Of a stretch of DNA of 64,000 nucleotides, positions 28,706 through 41,653 are shown in pieces (within the stretch, counting starts at the first letter, position 1; every line of letters starts with the position of its first letter). The notes below the pieces were generated by a model, which worked only from the letters and a program-made list of their open reading frames with translations, was not told the DNA's origin and did not search any database. A program made the position numbers and the translations under genes. The stretch is from Batkoa obscura (Eukaryota), in the NCBI GenBank assembly GCA_030770535.1, contig JASVEC010000014.1, positions 558,001-622,000 on the forward strand, read 5' to 3'.

Positions 28706-29524
28706 GGCTGTATTATACAAAGTAATCGATTATAATCAAAAATGAATATTGCAATTTGTTATTTTTAATAAATTATTAACAAAACTTAAAATTTTAACTG
28801 TTCTTTATTTTTTTGTATTTAGCATAACTTATTTAAAATTGGATAGCTGAAGCCAATTAAATCAGAAATATATTTTTAGCTTTTATTTCATAGTCGCAAT
28901 TTGAGTTGGGTTTTGATTTATTATTCTTTAGCTTACTTATCTAAAACCTGGAAAAAGGTGGTTAAGAATAATTATTTGCTACAAACTGTTTTAACTATAT
29001 TTATAAATAATAGTTTGATACTGTTGATATCAAAACTTAATATGAAATATTTCAGTATATGAAAATAATAGTCATTCTATGTCACAAAAAGTAATAAGTT
29101 TGGGTTTACCTAAACCTAAATGAAGTTTTACCAAATTTAACTTGGCTAATTAGCTAACCAATAAACTAATGTAGTAAATATAGCCAAATCATTTTGGAAG
29201 GAAACTAGTAAAAACCGCAAATGAAATTTTGCAGCTTTTACTCTTAATTATATTGAGTAAAACGCAACTTTAAATTTTGTAAATTAGAATTCAATCTCAT
29301 AGCTTCGGCCAATTAACGAGGAACTTTATTTCGCTTATTAGCGAATGGAAAGGGGTCAAGTTCTATGGATACCAAGTTTTATTGAATAAAAATATATAAA
29401 ATAGCCACCAAAATTAATGAAGGAGGTTTGTAAAAATATATAAATAAATATAATATATTTCGTCTCATTTTGTTTATAAGTTAAAAATACAAATTTTGAT
29501 TTTGCTTGACAGAGATAATATAAG

Positions 29525-30276
29525 ATGACTTTGATTGAGGTAAAATTAATAGTCAGTAACTAATTGTAGCTTTATTTATATTTAAAGGATCCTAAAATTA
29601 AAGAAACCTATGAGGAGGTTCGAAATGGTATTTGATTTTATAATATAATTTTGTTATGATTAAATAGTAATTTTATTTTATCATCATTAAATTTAGACAA
29701 AAGTGAAATAAATTGGTATTAGAATATTTTATTTTAGTTTTTCTATCTAATACCAATTAGGATGTTACTCGGTTTCATCAACGACAAAGCTGATGTATTG
29801 GAGGTTAAAGCAACAGGTAAACAACAATAATAATAAAAGTGGCAATTAACTAGTGGAATCCAGGCTCTCAAGGCCTTGAAGAGTTTATAACTCATTTAGA
29901 GCCTACCTTTGCAGGTTTTGGGTTCGTAAGGGTACCTTTACGTAACGATGACTACAGTGAAAGAACAAAGTTTGTATTTGTGGTTTATTGTGGTACTCAA
30001 GTAAAGATCATGCGTAAAGCCAAGTTATCGATCCAAAAGTCCCAAGTTCAAGAAGTTATTAAAAGTTTTTCAATTGAGTTAAACGCATCCGAACATAAAG
30101 ACTTGGATCCTAATGATATTATTAAAAGTTTGAAAAGGGCTGGAGGTAAATTTTTTAATTATTTTTAGGGTTGTTGTATTTATTTTGTTTTTCTAGGTGC
30201 TAATTATGATCGGTATTTATATTTTATTTGTTTTTAATTGTATATTAATTATTTTAGCCAATCAAGTGATTATTAA
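29525..30276 (+). CDS. Coactosin-like ADF-H actin-binding protein (micro-exons)
   Basis: Spliced: YEEVRNDKSEINWMLLGF...RTKFVFVVYCGTQVKIMRKAKLS...LKRAGGANYD. Confidence 0.85.
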
Positions 30277-30404
30277 ACCAAATAAATTTCATTAATTTTT
30301 TAGTATTTATCATCATATATGTAGAGTGAATTGTATAGAATAAAATAGCAAACAAGATATTATGATTTATTTTAATCAGAAAAACAACAAGAACATGATT
30401 ATGC

Positions 30405-30962
30405 TTAATCTTCGAAATAACTAAAGGTATCATTATCAAAATTGCTTAATTTTGGCTGTTTTTTTTGGTGATCTAGATTATATTTTATTAAATTATATTC
30501 TTTTATTATTTTATTGTTCATATTTGTTGTTGTTATAGTATCACCTGATGGGTTATTGCTATAATCTGCTTTAATCATACTATCACTACAGCCATCACTG
30601 TTACTCAAAATCTGTTTAAAGTTAGGCTTAGCGTCTAAATAGTGGATGATATGAAATAGATCCTTATCATTAACAGTTAATGAAATGATTTTTTTGGTCA
30701 AGTTCTTATTGGTACTATCATACCCCAAATACTCTAAATAGAAATCACAATAGCAAGGCGAACTCCACATCTTGCCATCAAACCAATCTTCAATTGTTGA
30801 TACCTCATTGTCTAAAATTATCAACGTACCATGACCGATCCTCTTTCTTTGCTCGTAGGTTAGTCGTGCTTGTATTAGATTTTGCGGACCAAATTGTAGC
30901 ATGGTTTCTAATATGCTGATTGCCTCTTCAATGCTGTTGATAGGAGCGTTATATTTTAACAT
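30405..30962 (-). CDS. Divergent Gti1/Pac2 (WOPR-domain) protein
   Basis: EAISILE...RKRIGHG...WFDGKMWS...YLEY...LTKKIISL...FHIIHY follows the WOPR motif order. Confidence 0.75.
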   Translation of the reverse strand: MLKYNAPINSIEEAISILETMLQFGPQNLIQARLTYEQRKRIGHGTLIILDNEVSTIEDWFDGKMWSSPCYCDFYLEYLGYDSTNKNLTKKIISLTVNDKDLFHIIHYLDAKPNFKQILSNSDGCSDSMIKADYSNNPSGDTITTTNMNNKIIKEYNLIKYNLDHQKKQPKLSNFDNDTFSYFED

Positions 30963-31493
30963 TATGATTTTGTTGGTGATTAAATTTCTTATTTATTTTA
31001 TTTTAGTTCTTTCACTCTTTCCCCTTATATATACTTTTTTTATATTCTACTTTATCATTAAGCAATCAACAATATGATTTCAAAAAAAGCTTTAAATTTA
31101 AATGAACTGCATTTAAAGTGAGTTACAAATTTGGAAAATATTTCTTATTTTGCTCAATCTGCTTCTTACATCAAGAAATTCAATTTTTTAGTTTTAGAGT
31201 AACTTCTTGATTTAGTCATAAAATGTATTTTGTTTACTTTTATGTAACTAAATGAATCAGCACGAAGGATTGACCTGGTGTGATGGTTGGAATTATGATC
31301 TGGGAGTTGTTATATGGGAATTCCTATATTTGATAAAAACAAGAAAGAATTAAAATATTTTTAATTAAACTCGTAAATTTTAATTAAAAAATATTATTAG
31401 CCTAAGTTCATAGATAGTTAAACAATTTAATTCAATTATTACAAAGGTACTTTTATTTTGAATTAGTCTTTTAGGTAGCTCTAAAAATTTTAA

Positions 31494-31585
31494 TACTGGG
31501 GATGTATTTAAGAGTTTTACTAACAATTTTTCACTCAAATAATGCTTAAAAGTTGGAAAAAGTAATGAAGCCACAAAACATTCTT
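31494..31585 (-). mobile_element. MITE family A, degenerate reverse copy
   Basis: tggggatgtatttaagagttttactaacaatttttcactcaaataatgcttaaaagttggaaaaagtaatgaagcc. Confidence 0.7.
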
Positions 31586-31866
31586 GCTATTCATTATATC
31601 CTTTTAACTTAAATTTGCAGATGATATTAAAGGGATGATATATTGTATGAAAAATAAGGATCAATTTTTAAAAAGTAAACATTTTTTAATCATCCTTATA
31701 TTTTTAAAAATTAAAAACACCAAATGTATTTAAAACATCAAAGCTTATAAAAAACCTGTTTATTTTGTCTGTTTTCTTTAAAAGTAATTCAGCTTTAATT
31801 TTAAAACAATGCCAATAAGATGAAAAAACTTAGGTAGTTTAAAGAACTAGATTTGCACATTTATCA

Positions 31867-32778
31867 TTACTTCAGCTCTAACTTATCACCATGTACCCAA
31901 TCATCTGGAATAATCTCGTTTGCTCTTAAATTCCTAACCAAGCTTTCATAAGTCCCCTGATAAATATCTAACATCCCATTTTCCATTAGATGATTAGCAT
32001 ATTCTGTAAGTTCCTCAAATTGTTTCTGGTACTCAGCCCTTTCAGCTTCATTTAGCTCGACCTCTTCTTCAGGTTTTTTATTCTTTTTATTCTTATTTCT
32101 CCCACCTCTTTTTTTATTGTATTTTCCAAGTCTTGCTAGTCCTGTAATAATACTTTCCTTTGGTTTTAATAAATTAACAATCATAGCCATTATCTCCTCT
32201 TTTGTGAACTGAGCCAACTCATTTTCTTTCGCATTGATTTCTCTTTCCTTTAAATCTTTCTTTTCCTTAGCTAATCTTGCGTCTTCAATCTCTTTCTTTC
32301 CAATACTCTGTAGCCATCCATCATGTATGCTTTCAGGGTCCTTCTTATTCCAGACAAAGTTTCCATTCTCATCAAATTTTCCTTCTTCCATATCGTCCTT
32401 TAAATTAAAAGCCTCAATTTTAACCTCTCCCTCATTTTCTTCCTTGAAATAATCTTCATCTCCATCCTCTTGGCCTTCAATGTCCTCTACGTTAATGAGC
32501 TTCACTTTTTTGCTTTTTTTACTGCCAATGTCCTCCTGCTCATCATCAAACATGTCCAGATGATCAAGATTCTTTTTATTGTACTTTTCTGTCTCGCTGT
32601 CAGTATCAGATTGGTATCCATCTAACTTTACCGATCCTCGTTTGTCTTTTTTCTTTTCCAAATCTTCATCATCATCGATGGATTCATCTCCGCTCTCAAT
32701 AGGATCTTTTCTGGGAGCTCTTATCTCTTCAGTGATATCTTGGAAGCGTACCCTTTTCTTTTGGGTATCCTTTTTCAT
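31867..32778 (-). CDS. LIN1: Lin1/CD2BP2 (U5-52K)-like protein
   Basis: KKRVRF; KIEAFNLKDDMEEGKFDENGNFV...HDGWL; LLKPKESIITGLARLG; LTEYANHLM...DIY. Confidence 0.8.
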   Translation of the reverse strand: MKKDTQKKRVRFQDITEEIRAPRKDPIESGDESIDDDEDLEKKKDKRGSVKLDGYQSDTDSETEKYNKKNLDHLDMFDDEQEDIGSKKSKKVKLINVEDIEGQEDGDEDYFKEENEGEVKIEAFNLKDDMEEGKFDENGNFVWNKKDPESIHDGWLQSIGKKEIEDARLAKEKKDLKEREINAKENELAQFTKEEIMAMIVNLLKPKESIITGLARLGKYNKKRGGRNKNKKNKKPEEEVELNEAERAEYQKQFEELTEYANHLMENGMLDIYQGTYESLVRNLRANEIIPDDWVHGDKLELK

Positions 32779-32875
32779 TTGACTAGTTAGAATGAGAAGT
32801 AAAAATTAAAATTTTTAGCTTAAGAATGATGCAATTTTTAGGAAAAATAGTTAAATATAATTGGTTAATTTTTAT

Positions 32876-33907
32876 TCAATATAAAACCTGCTTATTTCTA
32901 TGAAAGGTAGCAAGCCAGAGTGCTGTACCTACAGTATTAGTAAAGTTAAAGAAGGGTCCAATGAATGGAATAAATTCTAATAAGTTGGCAGTAAATCCTA
33001 AAAACGACAAATGAAACTGGTTCTTTTTATGCCAGGTGATGGGCTCATTTAAACTTCTTGAATAACTACGGGTCAATTGAAAACCTCTAATTTTTGAGTT
33101 AAAGATTGAATAACCAAGGATAGCAGTAGGTGGAGATAAGAAGTAAAACAAACCAGGTGAGATTAAGCCATTGAAAAACATGGACTTAATTGACGAGCTT
33201 GGTATGAAATAATAAATGGTATGGAAAATACCCTTTAATAATGGGTTATTGACATAATTTAACTTGGGTAGCTCACCTTCCTTAACAGAAACTAAATTGT
33301 AGCTTAAATGATTCACTTTCTTTTCATCATCTTTAACCTCTTTTAATAAATGAATAGTGTCTTGATTATTTACTATTTGGCTATGGACTTCCAACAGCAA
33401 GTCTTTATTAAAATACTTAAACACAACATCAATAAAATAATATTTAAGCCACCCTTTCTTTAATACATATAATAATGCACCTAACACCCATCTAAGCTCT
33501 TCTTTGTCCCCAAGGATCTCAAATAATTTCATCCTTATGAAGCGACTATTCTTCATCAATGTATACGAAAGACCAATCGTGATCCCAGCCTTTAATAAAG
33601 GGTTGATGATCGCTGGTAGAATGACCCAAGGATATCTTAAAGTGTAATAGATGCCATAGAAGGGATATAACCCACTGTACATTCTGATCTTTCTTTTTTC
33701 ATATTGCTTTTCGCCTCGGGTTACAATTTCCACACTCTCTTCTATACCTCTTCCATCAACTTCTTCAACCTCGTCCTCATTAATAATGGCTTGATCTAAG
33801 CCTATAAAGTCTAATTTGTCTTCGACGGGATGATTGCTACCCAGGATATCGTCATCCATAGAGAATCGATTGTTTTGGGAATCGTTTGATAAATCGTAAC
33901 TTTCCAT
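32876..33907 (-). CDS. EI24/Lds-Rrt8-like membrane protein
   Basis: LYPFYGIYY; C-terminal GFTANLLEFIPFIGPFFNFTNTVGTALW. Confidence 0.7.
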   Translation of the reverse strand: MESYDLSNDSQNNRFSMDDDILGSNHPVEDKLDFIGLDQAIINEDEVEEVDGRGIEESVEIVTRGEKQYEKRKIRMYSGLYPFYGIYYTLRYPWVILPAIINPLLKAGITIGLSYTLMKNSRFIRMKLFEILGDKEELRWVLGALLYVLKKGWLKYYFIDVVFKYFNKDLLLEVHSQIVNNQDTIHLLKEVKDDEKKVNHLSYNLVSVKEGELPKLNYVNNPLLKGIFHTIYYFIPSSSIKSMFFNGLISPGLFYFLSPPTAILGYSIFNSKIRGFQLTRSYSRSLNEPITWHKKNQFHLSFLGFTANLLEFIPFIGPFFNFTNTVGTALWLATFHRNKQVLY

Positions 33908-34008
33908 TTTGTTTTAAAAAAGGACAAGAAATGAAAGAAAACGTCATGATTATTGTTTTTAAAATAGGATTAAATATTTCTTTAGCCAATTAAATTATTT
34001 TTATTAGA

Positions 34009-35019
34009 TTAATTAGAATCCATTGTTAATATTATAGAATCTTTAAAATTGGAATTGGAATCATTTGATAGCGTATGAGTCGAGCCCAGATAGATAGGTA
34101 ATACGATGGAGCTTGGTTCGTTTTCCCCAAGGTTTGTAGTGATGGTAGATATACTCGCATTTGTAGCTAATAAACTATTCTTACTACTATTCCCATGCTT
34201 ATTTAATTTATTTTTATCAAACAAACTTTCCCATTTTGATTTGAAATACAATAAATCCAACTTAAACTTATCAAAGTCATAATAAAATTTAAAGATTAAT
34301 AATCCAACCTCACTACACATTACCCCAATATAAGTCAATGCTACAGTAAACTGAAATTCTTGATGATACGATAAAGAGATAAGCGCACTTATACCCCCGA
34401 TTAGGTCCAAATAGATAAATAACAAAGAAATCCCTGTAGCATTCTTATTTTTTAATATATGAATGTACTGTGGTATAAAACCCAAAATGACAATAATTGG
34501 TCCTAAGGAGCCAAACATATAATGCAACCAGAGATGTTGATTTAGGTTGTAGTGAAAGAATATTAGCAATATAAAAAATTCAATGGCGCCAAAGATTAAG
34601 AATAGTATTACAAAGTAAAGTAATGTCGTGAGTTTGTGTTTCAATTTGCTATCCTTTGATTCCTTATTGGTAGTGTCTTTTTCTGCTAGTTTATTGTAGT
34701 AATAACATTGTATATAACAGATCATAGATAAAAAGTTAAATAAATGAGGTTGAATGATGATTAATATACTTGCGTTATTGATGATGCTGTTACTAGATAC
34801 TAATACATTTGATACACACCATATTAGGAAGGTGTGCGGTGATAACTCCTTTGTGTTTTCCCTTTTGTAGTTTTTATATACTAAAAAAATATTAGTCATC
34901 GTTGTATATCATGTAGCAATAATAAAAATACTCTGGGGTAGCAATTGAACGGACCACAATACTAAGGCTACGGAAGCAAAAAATTGCTCCCAAAAAATTT
35001 CAAATGCAGCATCAGACAT
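34009..35019 (-). CDS. PQ-loop repeat membrane transporter (1 intron)
   Basis: Exon 1 MSDAAFEIFWEQFFASVALVLWSVQLLPQ; second PQ loop GFIPQYIHI...GISLLFIYLDLIGG. Confidence 0.88.
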
Positions 35020-37100
35020 TATAAAATTAAATTAAATTAAATTAAAAAATTAGCAACTATCGATTTGTGTGTTTTTTATATACATTTTTTATTTAATACT
35101 CTTACATTATTACCCCCCTAAATAAAACATTAAATTTTTAACATTAAATTTTAAATTTTAAATTTATGAACCTAGAATATTTTAACTTTAAGAAAGCTTA
35201 AGAACGTATAAACTATTATATGTTTATTAAATAAAAAGCATGTCTGTCATTAGACTTCACATCAAAATAATATTATTTTCCAATATAATATATTAATGGC
35301 CTTATCACTAATAAATGTTAATTTAATGTCCCCCACACTTAGTGCCAATTTCCTTGCATAATTTAATTCATTGAAATGGCTTAATTTTTAACTAAATGCT
35401 TAGTACAAAATATATTAGTAGCACATTTAAAAGAATTCTAAAGCAATCTCCATTTTGACCAAATTTACCATAGCAACAATAAAATTGCTACAGTTGAGTT
35501 TACATCAAAATATTATTTTTATGCATAAAAAACATTTGCCGTTGAAATTAATGACCTTTTATTATTTGTTCCCTTAAGAGATTACTTTAGAAATTACCTT
35601 ATAAAAAAGTAAATTCAGTTAGGCTACCATTATTTTTTTAATTAAGGTTTTAAATTTCAAGTAGAGATTTGTATTGTCTAAAGTTGTAGTTAAAAATATT
35701 AAACTATTCCAACAAAAAAAGCATATCGGCACACCTTCACTTCTTAATTGAGCTCACTGCTTTTTTAATTTAAGGTCTAGCACCAAGAGCTAAAATAGGT
35801 ATATATTAGTTCAATTTATATAAATAGTTGGCCTTTCTAATTGTAAAACTTTAATCATGATTTTACATAGTGTTTAAGTCTCAAGTGCAGATTGCGAGCT
35901 ATTTTCACAGCATAAAGGTAAAAAAAACAGGGATGATTGTGATTGTGGCTCTGCATGAAACGTTCATAAAATAATCATTAATCGCTCAATCACCTGATAT
36001 GAGGGTTAATTTTAATCTTTGGGTGTGAAATTATATGTTCCTTACTTTAATATAGAGCAATGACTTCCGTTATTTAGTTATACCCTACGATCAAAATTAT
36101 AAAGTAATGACGGTATCGAATTTTTTTTGCTTTATAATATTGGAATATTACGTAAATAGGGTTGGGTTGTCTACAAATATGATAAACCTTTTTTCATCAC
36201 AGTTGATTTTTTAGTTTGGTTTTATAAAATACTTTTCTTTTTTAATTTAATCTATCAGTATTAAGGTAAACCTCGTTCAAATAATAGTTTTATTTCTATC
36301 AATAGTAATTTATAATAAATGATTATATAAATAATTTTTTATTATTATCTATTATTGCTTTAGAAAATGACTGCATATCTGCCAATAGAGCTGATTTTCA
36401 TAAGTTGTGTTTAAGCCATGATATTAAGTAAATATGAGTTGCTAAATAAAAGGATTAATACAATAACAATTTATAGCTTAATTTTACTCAAATATCGATA
36501 TTGGTGCAGTACTTTTATTTAAAGAAGAAAACAAGCTTACAATATATGGTAGTAGGGTGTTTTTGGCAGTTTATCAACAAATAATCATTTGCTCATAATA
36601 AATAAAAAGTATTTAAAAGTAAAGCACAAAGCTAAAATGTATAGATAAGATTAATTTGTAATAAGGACTTTATGAAAATAAACTACTCTATTTCTGATAC
36701 AAAATTTAACCAGTGGAGACTGTTGGGTTAATAAAACATGTATTGTATGATAGCAGTTTGGTTAATTCAATGACTAAAGATTGAAATACTGATTAAAAAT
36801 AAATACATTAAAAATTGATTTATATTATTTGGACATAATATGATGTTTGATGCTTAATCCCTTCTAATATTTGGCATTTTGTTAACTAGTGAATTGTCTC
36901 CGTCTACTTCTTTTTACTTCTTTTTACTTCTTTTTGCTTATAGCTTATTTAAAGACAATAGCAGTTTTAGTATAGAAACAACCCAATTCGACTGATGTAT
37001 AAAGTGAATTATACTAAAAAAAATTTTTAAATATTAAACAAACTCTGGCTTATCACCTTATCAGTTTCATCTATAATTTATTGAAACAGAAAAACTAAGG

Positions 37101-37253
37101 TAGCTTGCAGTTAGGTGTTTTTCATTATTTTTAATTTGGAGTCAAATTATTTTAATATTAAATTAAAGCTTTGAAAGGAAATACACCCCTTAACTTATAT
37201 TTAAAAAAATACCCCCAAGTTAAAAAATACAAAAGATATCTAACTGCAAGCTG
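37101..37253. mobile_element. MITE family B (long imperfect terminal inverted repeats)
   Basis: agcttgcagttaggtgtttttc...tttttaatttgg versus ccaagttaaaaaa...aaaagatatctaactgcaagct. Confidence 0.65.
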
Positions 37254-37402
37254 TTCTACTTTTAATTTTAAACCTACTTGTTTTGTTTAACTAAAGTTGT
37301 TCTAATTAAAATATAAAATTGCTCCGCCTAAATATAAAAATTGAAAGAAACATCTACAGCTAAACAAAAACAATAAAACTACTACTCAATTATTTATTCC
37401 AA

Positions 37403-38425
37403 TTAATAAACGGTTGCTTTTTTAACTACCATAAAATAATGACATAATTCGTTATGAATTTCCTTACAAATCGAATTTAATGGAAGGTCATTAAAGTCAT
37501 AGCCGAAAGGATTTTCAATTTCATCACCAATAGCATTAATCCCAAAGAAAGTAAAAGCGACTACAAATTGAACAAAGATGACCCACATGTTTGATTTATC
37601 ATTTAATAAAGTTAATGGTAAAAATAATAAATAAAACCATTGAGTTTGAACTAAGTGTAATTTATAAGCTATTGGTAATGGCGTCTTAGCAATTCGTTGC
37701 ATATCACTATATATATTGGTCATGTTAGTTAAAGTGGTACTTACCATGGTATTACATTGCCCATCAATTTTGTTTGCTTTTTTCTGTTTCTCTAAGATTT
37801 CATTGATCTTCAATAAAATCAAATTGGGTAAATTAATTGGATAGTAATCACTATTGGATAAATCATGTTGATTCATTAAATCCATATTATCAAAGTTATG
37901 TTCAAAATTAAAATTATTGATCTCATCATCAACTAATAAAATATCATTTGGTAATAAAGGGGTTAAGATGGGATCACTTTTAGTAATACATTGAAAGTCA
38001 TTACCCAACAATTGACGGATAGAATAGCAATAAGCAGTAATCAAATTTAAAGCTGTATAAATATCTTTAGCTTCATTTTTACCTAAAAATATACAAAGAT
38101 AGCGTCCTAAATTACGTGTATTTGTTTTCAAAGATGACCATAATTTTCGCCCCTCATAATATCGATCATAACTTGAGTTCGTTTTAAACACTAACAATAA
38201 ACCTACTACGGTGGCTAAACTTGGAACTAAAAGTTGAAACTAATATTCATTATAAAACTAAATTATTATAATAAACTTACTTATATTAGATTTTAAACTT
38301 ATATTATGATAATAAGTATGAATATAATAAATCAATACGGAGTATAAGGTAGCTATGGTTACTTGAGGTAAAATAGCTAATAACACCGATCCTTCAACTT
38401 TAAATAAATAGTTTCTTAATAGCAT
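37403..38425 (-). CDS. Bestrophin-like (UPF0187) anion channel (1 intron)
   Basis: LLVFKTNSSYDRYYEGRKLW; RIAKTPLPIAY; IGDEIENPFGYDFNDLPL. Confidence 0.9.
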
Positions 38426-38592
38426 TATTTTTAATTTTAGTTTCAAAAAGCACTTAAATTAAACAGAACAAATTTGACGAAATGTCATTGAAATTCATTG
38501 GTTCTAGTTAAAGTTAGAGTTAATTGGTTACATATTATACAAAGTCTTAAAAATTCACTAAAAATTTAGCATTTAACTCTTTTACCAACAAA

Positions 38593-39575
38593 ATGTCTAT
38601 AGAAATTTATTGGGAAAATTTGAATTCAGAAATAGAAGATAAAGTGAAACAAGAACTCAATGATGCCTTATCAAAACTTAAAGATAAACCGAATTTTATT
38701 GGAGATATCAATGTAACTCAATTTCAATTTGGCAAGTTAGCCCCCAAAGTGGAAATCATTGATATCATGGATGTAGATCCAAATTTTTATAATGATAACA
38801 CACAAACATATGATTCTAATAATGTAGTTGACTATAATGAATTATTAGAGGATGGAAAATCAATCACTGAGTTTAATTATGGTATTGATGCGAAGAATTT
38901 ATATACAACATTGACGAAGATTAAGGATGAAAATAAAATATTATTGGAAGATGATGTGGATTCGGATTTAGAAGAATATCAACAACCTGAAATTCAATTT
39001 GATAGAAATCATAATTTTGGTCATCATTATTTTCATCAACCAGTATTGAATCAATATAATCAAGGGAGTAATTTAAATAATGGTAAAAATGATATAAATG
39101 AAATTCAGTTTAAAATTAAATTGAATTATGATGGTGATATGCAATGTTCTATCCAAACTAGTTTACTGATCAATTTTCCTATGTCTGAATTTGCTCAATT
39201 ACCTGTCAACGTTACCATTACGGGATTTAAATTAAATGGTAGGTTTATTTGAACAATTTATGAGTTTTATTTATTTACATGCTTTTTTAGCTATCTTTTT
39301 AATTGCTTATTTACAAAGTCAAATTAAAATTAGTTTGATAGCTGAAAGTGATGAAGAAGAGTAAGTCATTTATTATATTGAAAGTTAGCAATTAATATTA
39401 ATATTTTGATAGAATCTTCAAAGAATTAAGAATCAATTCCGAACTGGGAGAAAAAAAGAAGCATTGTTTAAAAAATGTAGATCAAGTAGAGAACTTTTTA
39501 TTAATATCAATACGCAAAATTTTATTAAAGAAGTTCTTGTTTCCCAATTTTTTCATCCATACGCTGAAAAGTTAA
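38593..39575 (+). CDS. MDM12: ERMES subunit Mdm12 (SMP domain, 2 introns)
   Basis: MSIEIYWENL; PNFIGDINVTQFQFG..APKVEIIDI; LLINFPMSEFAQLPV; SELGEKKKHCLKNV..VE; FLFPNF. Confidence 0.9.
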
Positions 39576-41653
39576 TCCTTTTATCAGCTTTTATATATAT
39601 GGGAATATGATTTTCGTTTCATTTATTTGTCTCTTTTTTTATACAATGAAGTTGAATAATTTATTAATCAAATTCTTGAGCAAAATAGATGACTTCGTAT
39701 CTCTCACAGAGTGTTTTCTTTTTATTTATATTAAATCAACTTATTTAATCAAATTTAAGTTTTACTTAATGATCTTGCCTTATAGGATGTTTGTTCACTT
39801 TTTCTATATTTTCTCATTGATCGTTTATTTATTATTTCATTTTATTTATAATTGAATTATAACAATATACATGATATGAACTTATTGGCATGGTGTTGAT
39901 TTTCGTTTTATTCGTTTTTTGATAGCACAAAATTTAAAAAAACAATGCGACATGTGTCACATAAACCTTTTAATAAAAAACATCCCTTATTGAGTTATAA
40001 TTGAAATCCTTACTATTTTTAATAACTTTTTAATAGTTGAGATTATTCAACTACTTTTACCCCATTTTTATTTTGCTTTGACAATATTAAAATCTTTATT
40101 GTAGCTGAAATATTAGAATTGATAATTGAATAAATATTGTAGATTTTTTTATTTAAGTGGTAATATTACGGATGGTTGACAGTAGTATTCGTGTTATAAT
40201 AAAAAATTTCTATAATAAGGTCTATAGCATAGATAATTTAATAAAATTAAATAATAAAATAACTTATTATATTAATATCGATATTAGCCTAAGCTTTATT
40301 ATTATAAAATTGGTTATTTATAAATATTATTGTCATCTAAAAAAAGGCATCTTTTGATTATCTTAAAAACATGCATTAACGGCTTTACTCCTATCTATTA
40401 TAACCACCTCTTATTGCTCTTTTTATTTTAACAAGTTGTCTCTTTCTTGCCCCAATTTTTTATTTTACTATATTTGGTATCTAACTATTCAATTTCTACA
40501 GTAACAATTTTATTTCTTCATAATGAAATAATTCGATCGAGATATAACGTTATATTTAATGTTTTAATTTTGCGTTTTAATTGAAAAGCAGGTTTATTGT
40601 AGGACTTGTTATCCTCTTTATTCTATGTCGTTTGTGCTACTTTGTTCTAAAGTTGGAATGAAGAACTAGATATCTCGAGGATAATTTTTACTTCAGGGTT
40701 AAAAAAAATTTAAAAATTCAAAACTAGTAGTTTAACTATGTTTTTTTAAGATGAAAAATTAGAATTTTTAAAATACTCTTGTATATTATTTTGTAATAAA
40801 ATGATGAAAATAGAATATTACAATAGAGATTTGTTTATAACATAAGACAAACTCCTATAGGAAAAAATGATAGCTAAATCAGAAATTACTATTGCAACCA
40901 CAAACTGTTTTTATTTTTAAAAAAAGGATCAAAAACATGATTTGTAAAAAATAATATCTTTAAGAATATGTTAGATAAATTGAAATTATAAAGTAATGAG
41001 CAATGGGAGGTTTAACTAATTTTAACTATTATTAAATTGAACAGTTGCTATATGCGGTATATCATTTCACCTTATATATTTTTTAAAAAAAAAAAAAGTA
41101 TTTCAATTATTTAAGATAATATACTGTGGTTGTTTATACAATACACCCCTTTTAGAAAATAACTATGAAAATGGTAGTAAGTAGTAATAGTTCAATATTA
41201 AATGTTAAAGAGATAAATCTAAATTATAATTACAAAGTCGATTTTTAAAAGCATAGAAAGCTTTATAATGTAAACAAGTCATTTAAAATTAATTGTAACT
41301 CAACATATCAATTAGAGTGCCATTTTATTACATATTAGCTATTGTTAAGATACTTGATATATGGCTGATAAAAGTCTAATTTAATTTCCATGAATCAAAT
41401 TAGCTTAACTCAAAATTAATTTTTTTATCACTTTGCTAATTTAAGTATGACACAATAAATTTTCACCAAAAACTACTATGAATAAATAATAATTTTAAAT
41501 TAAAGGCGACTTTCTTATTATAATATACAATTTTAGCAAAGAGTCCAATAGATACTTGGATATAATATACTTGCTTTTAAGGGTCTATTATGGCGTCAAA
41601 TAGTATATAAAAAGATATGAAATAAATTAAGTATTTTAAAATAAATATTAAAA

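Noticed and set aside
31380..31574. ORF MASLLFPTFKHYLSEKLLVK and the similar ORF 43964-44149
   Set aside because: Both are translations of MITE family A copies, not a protein family
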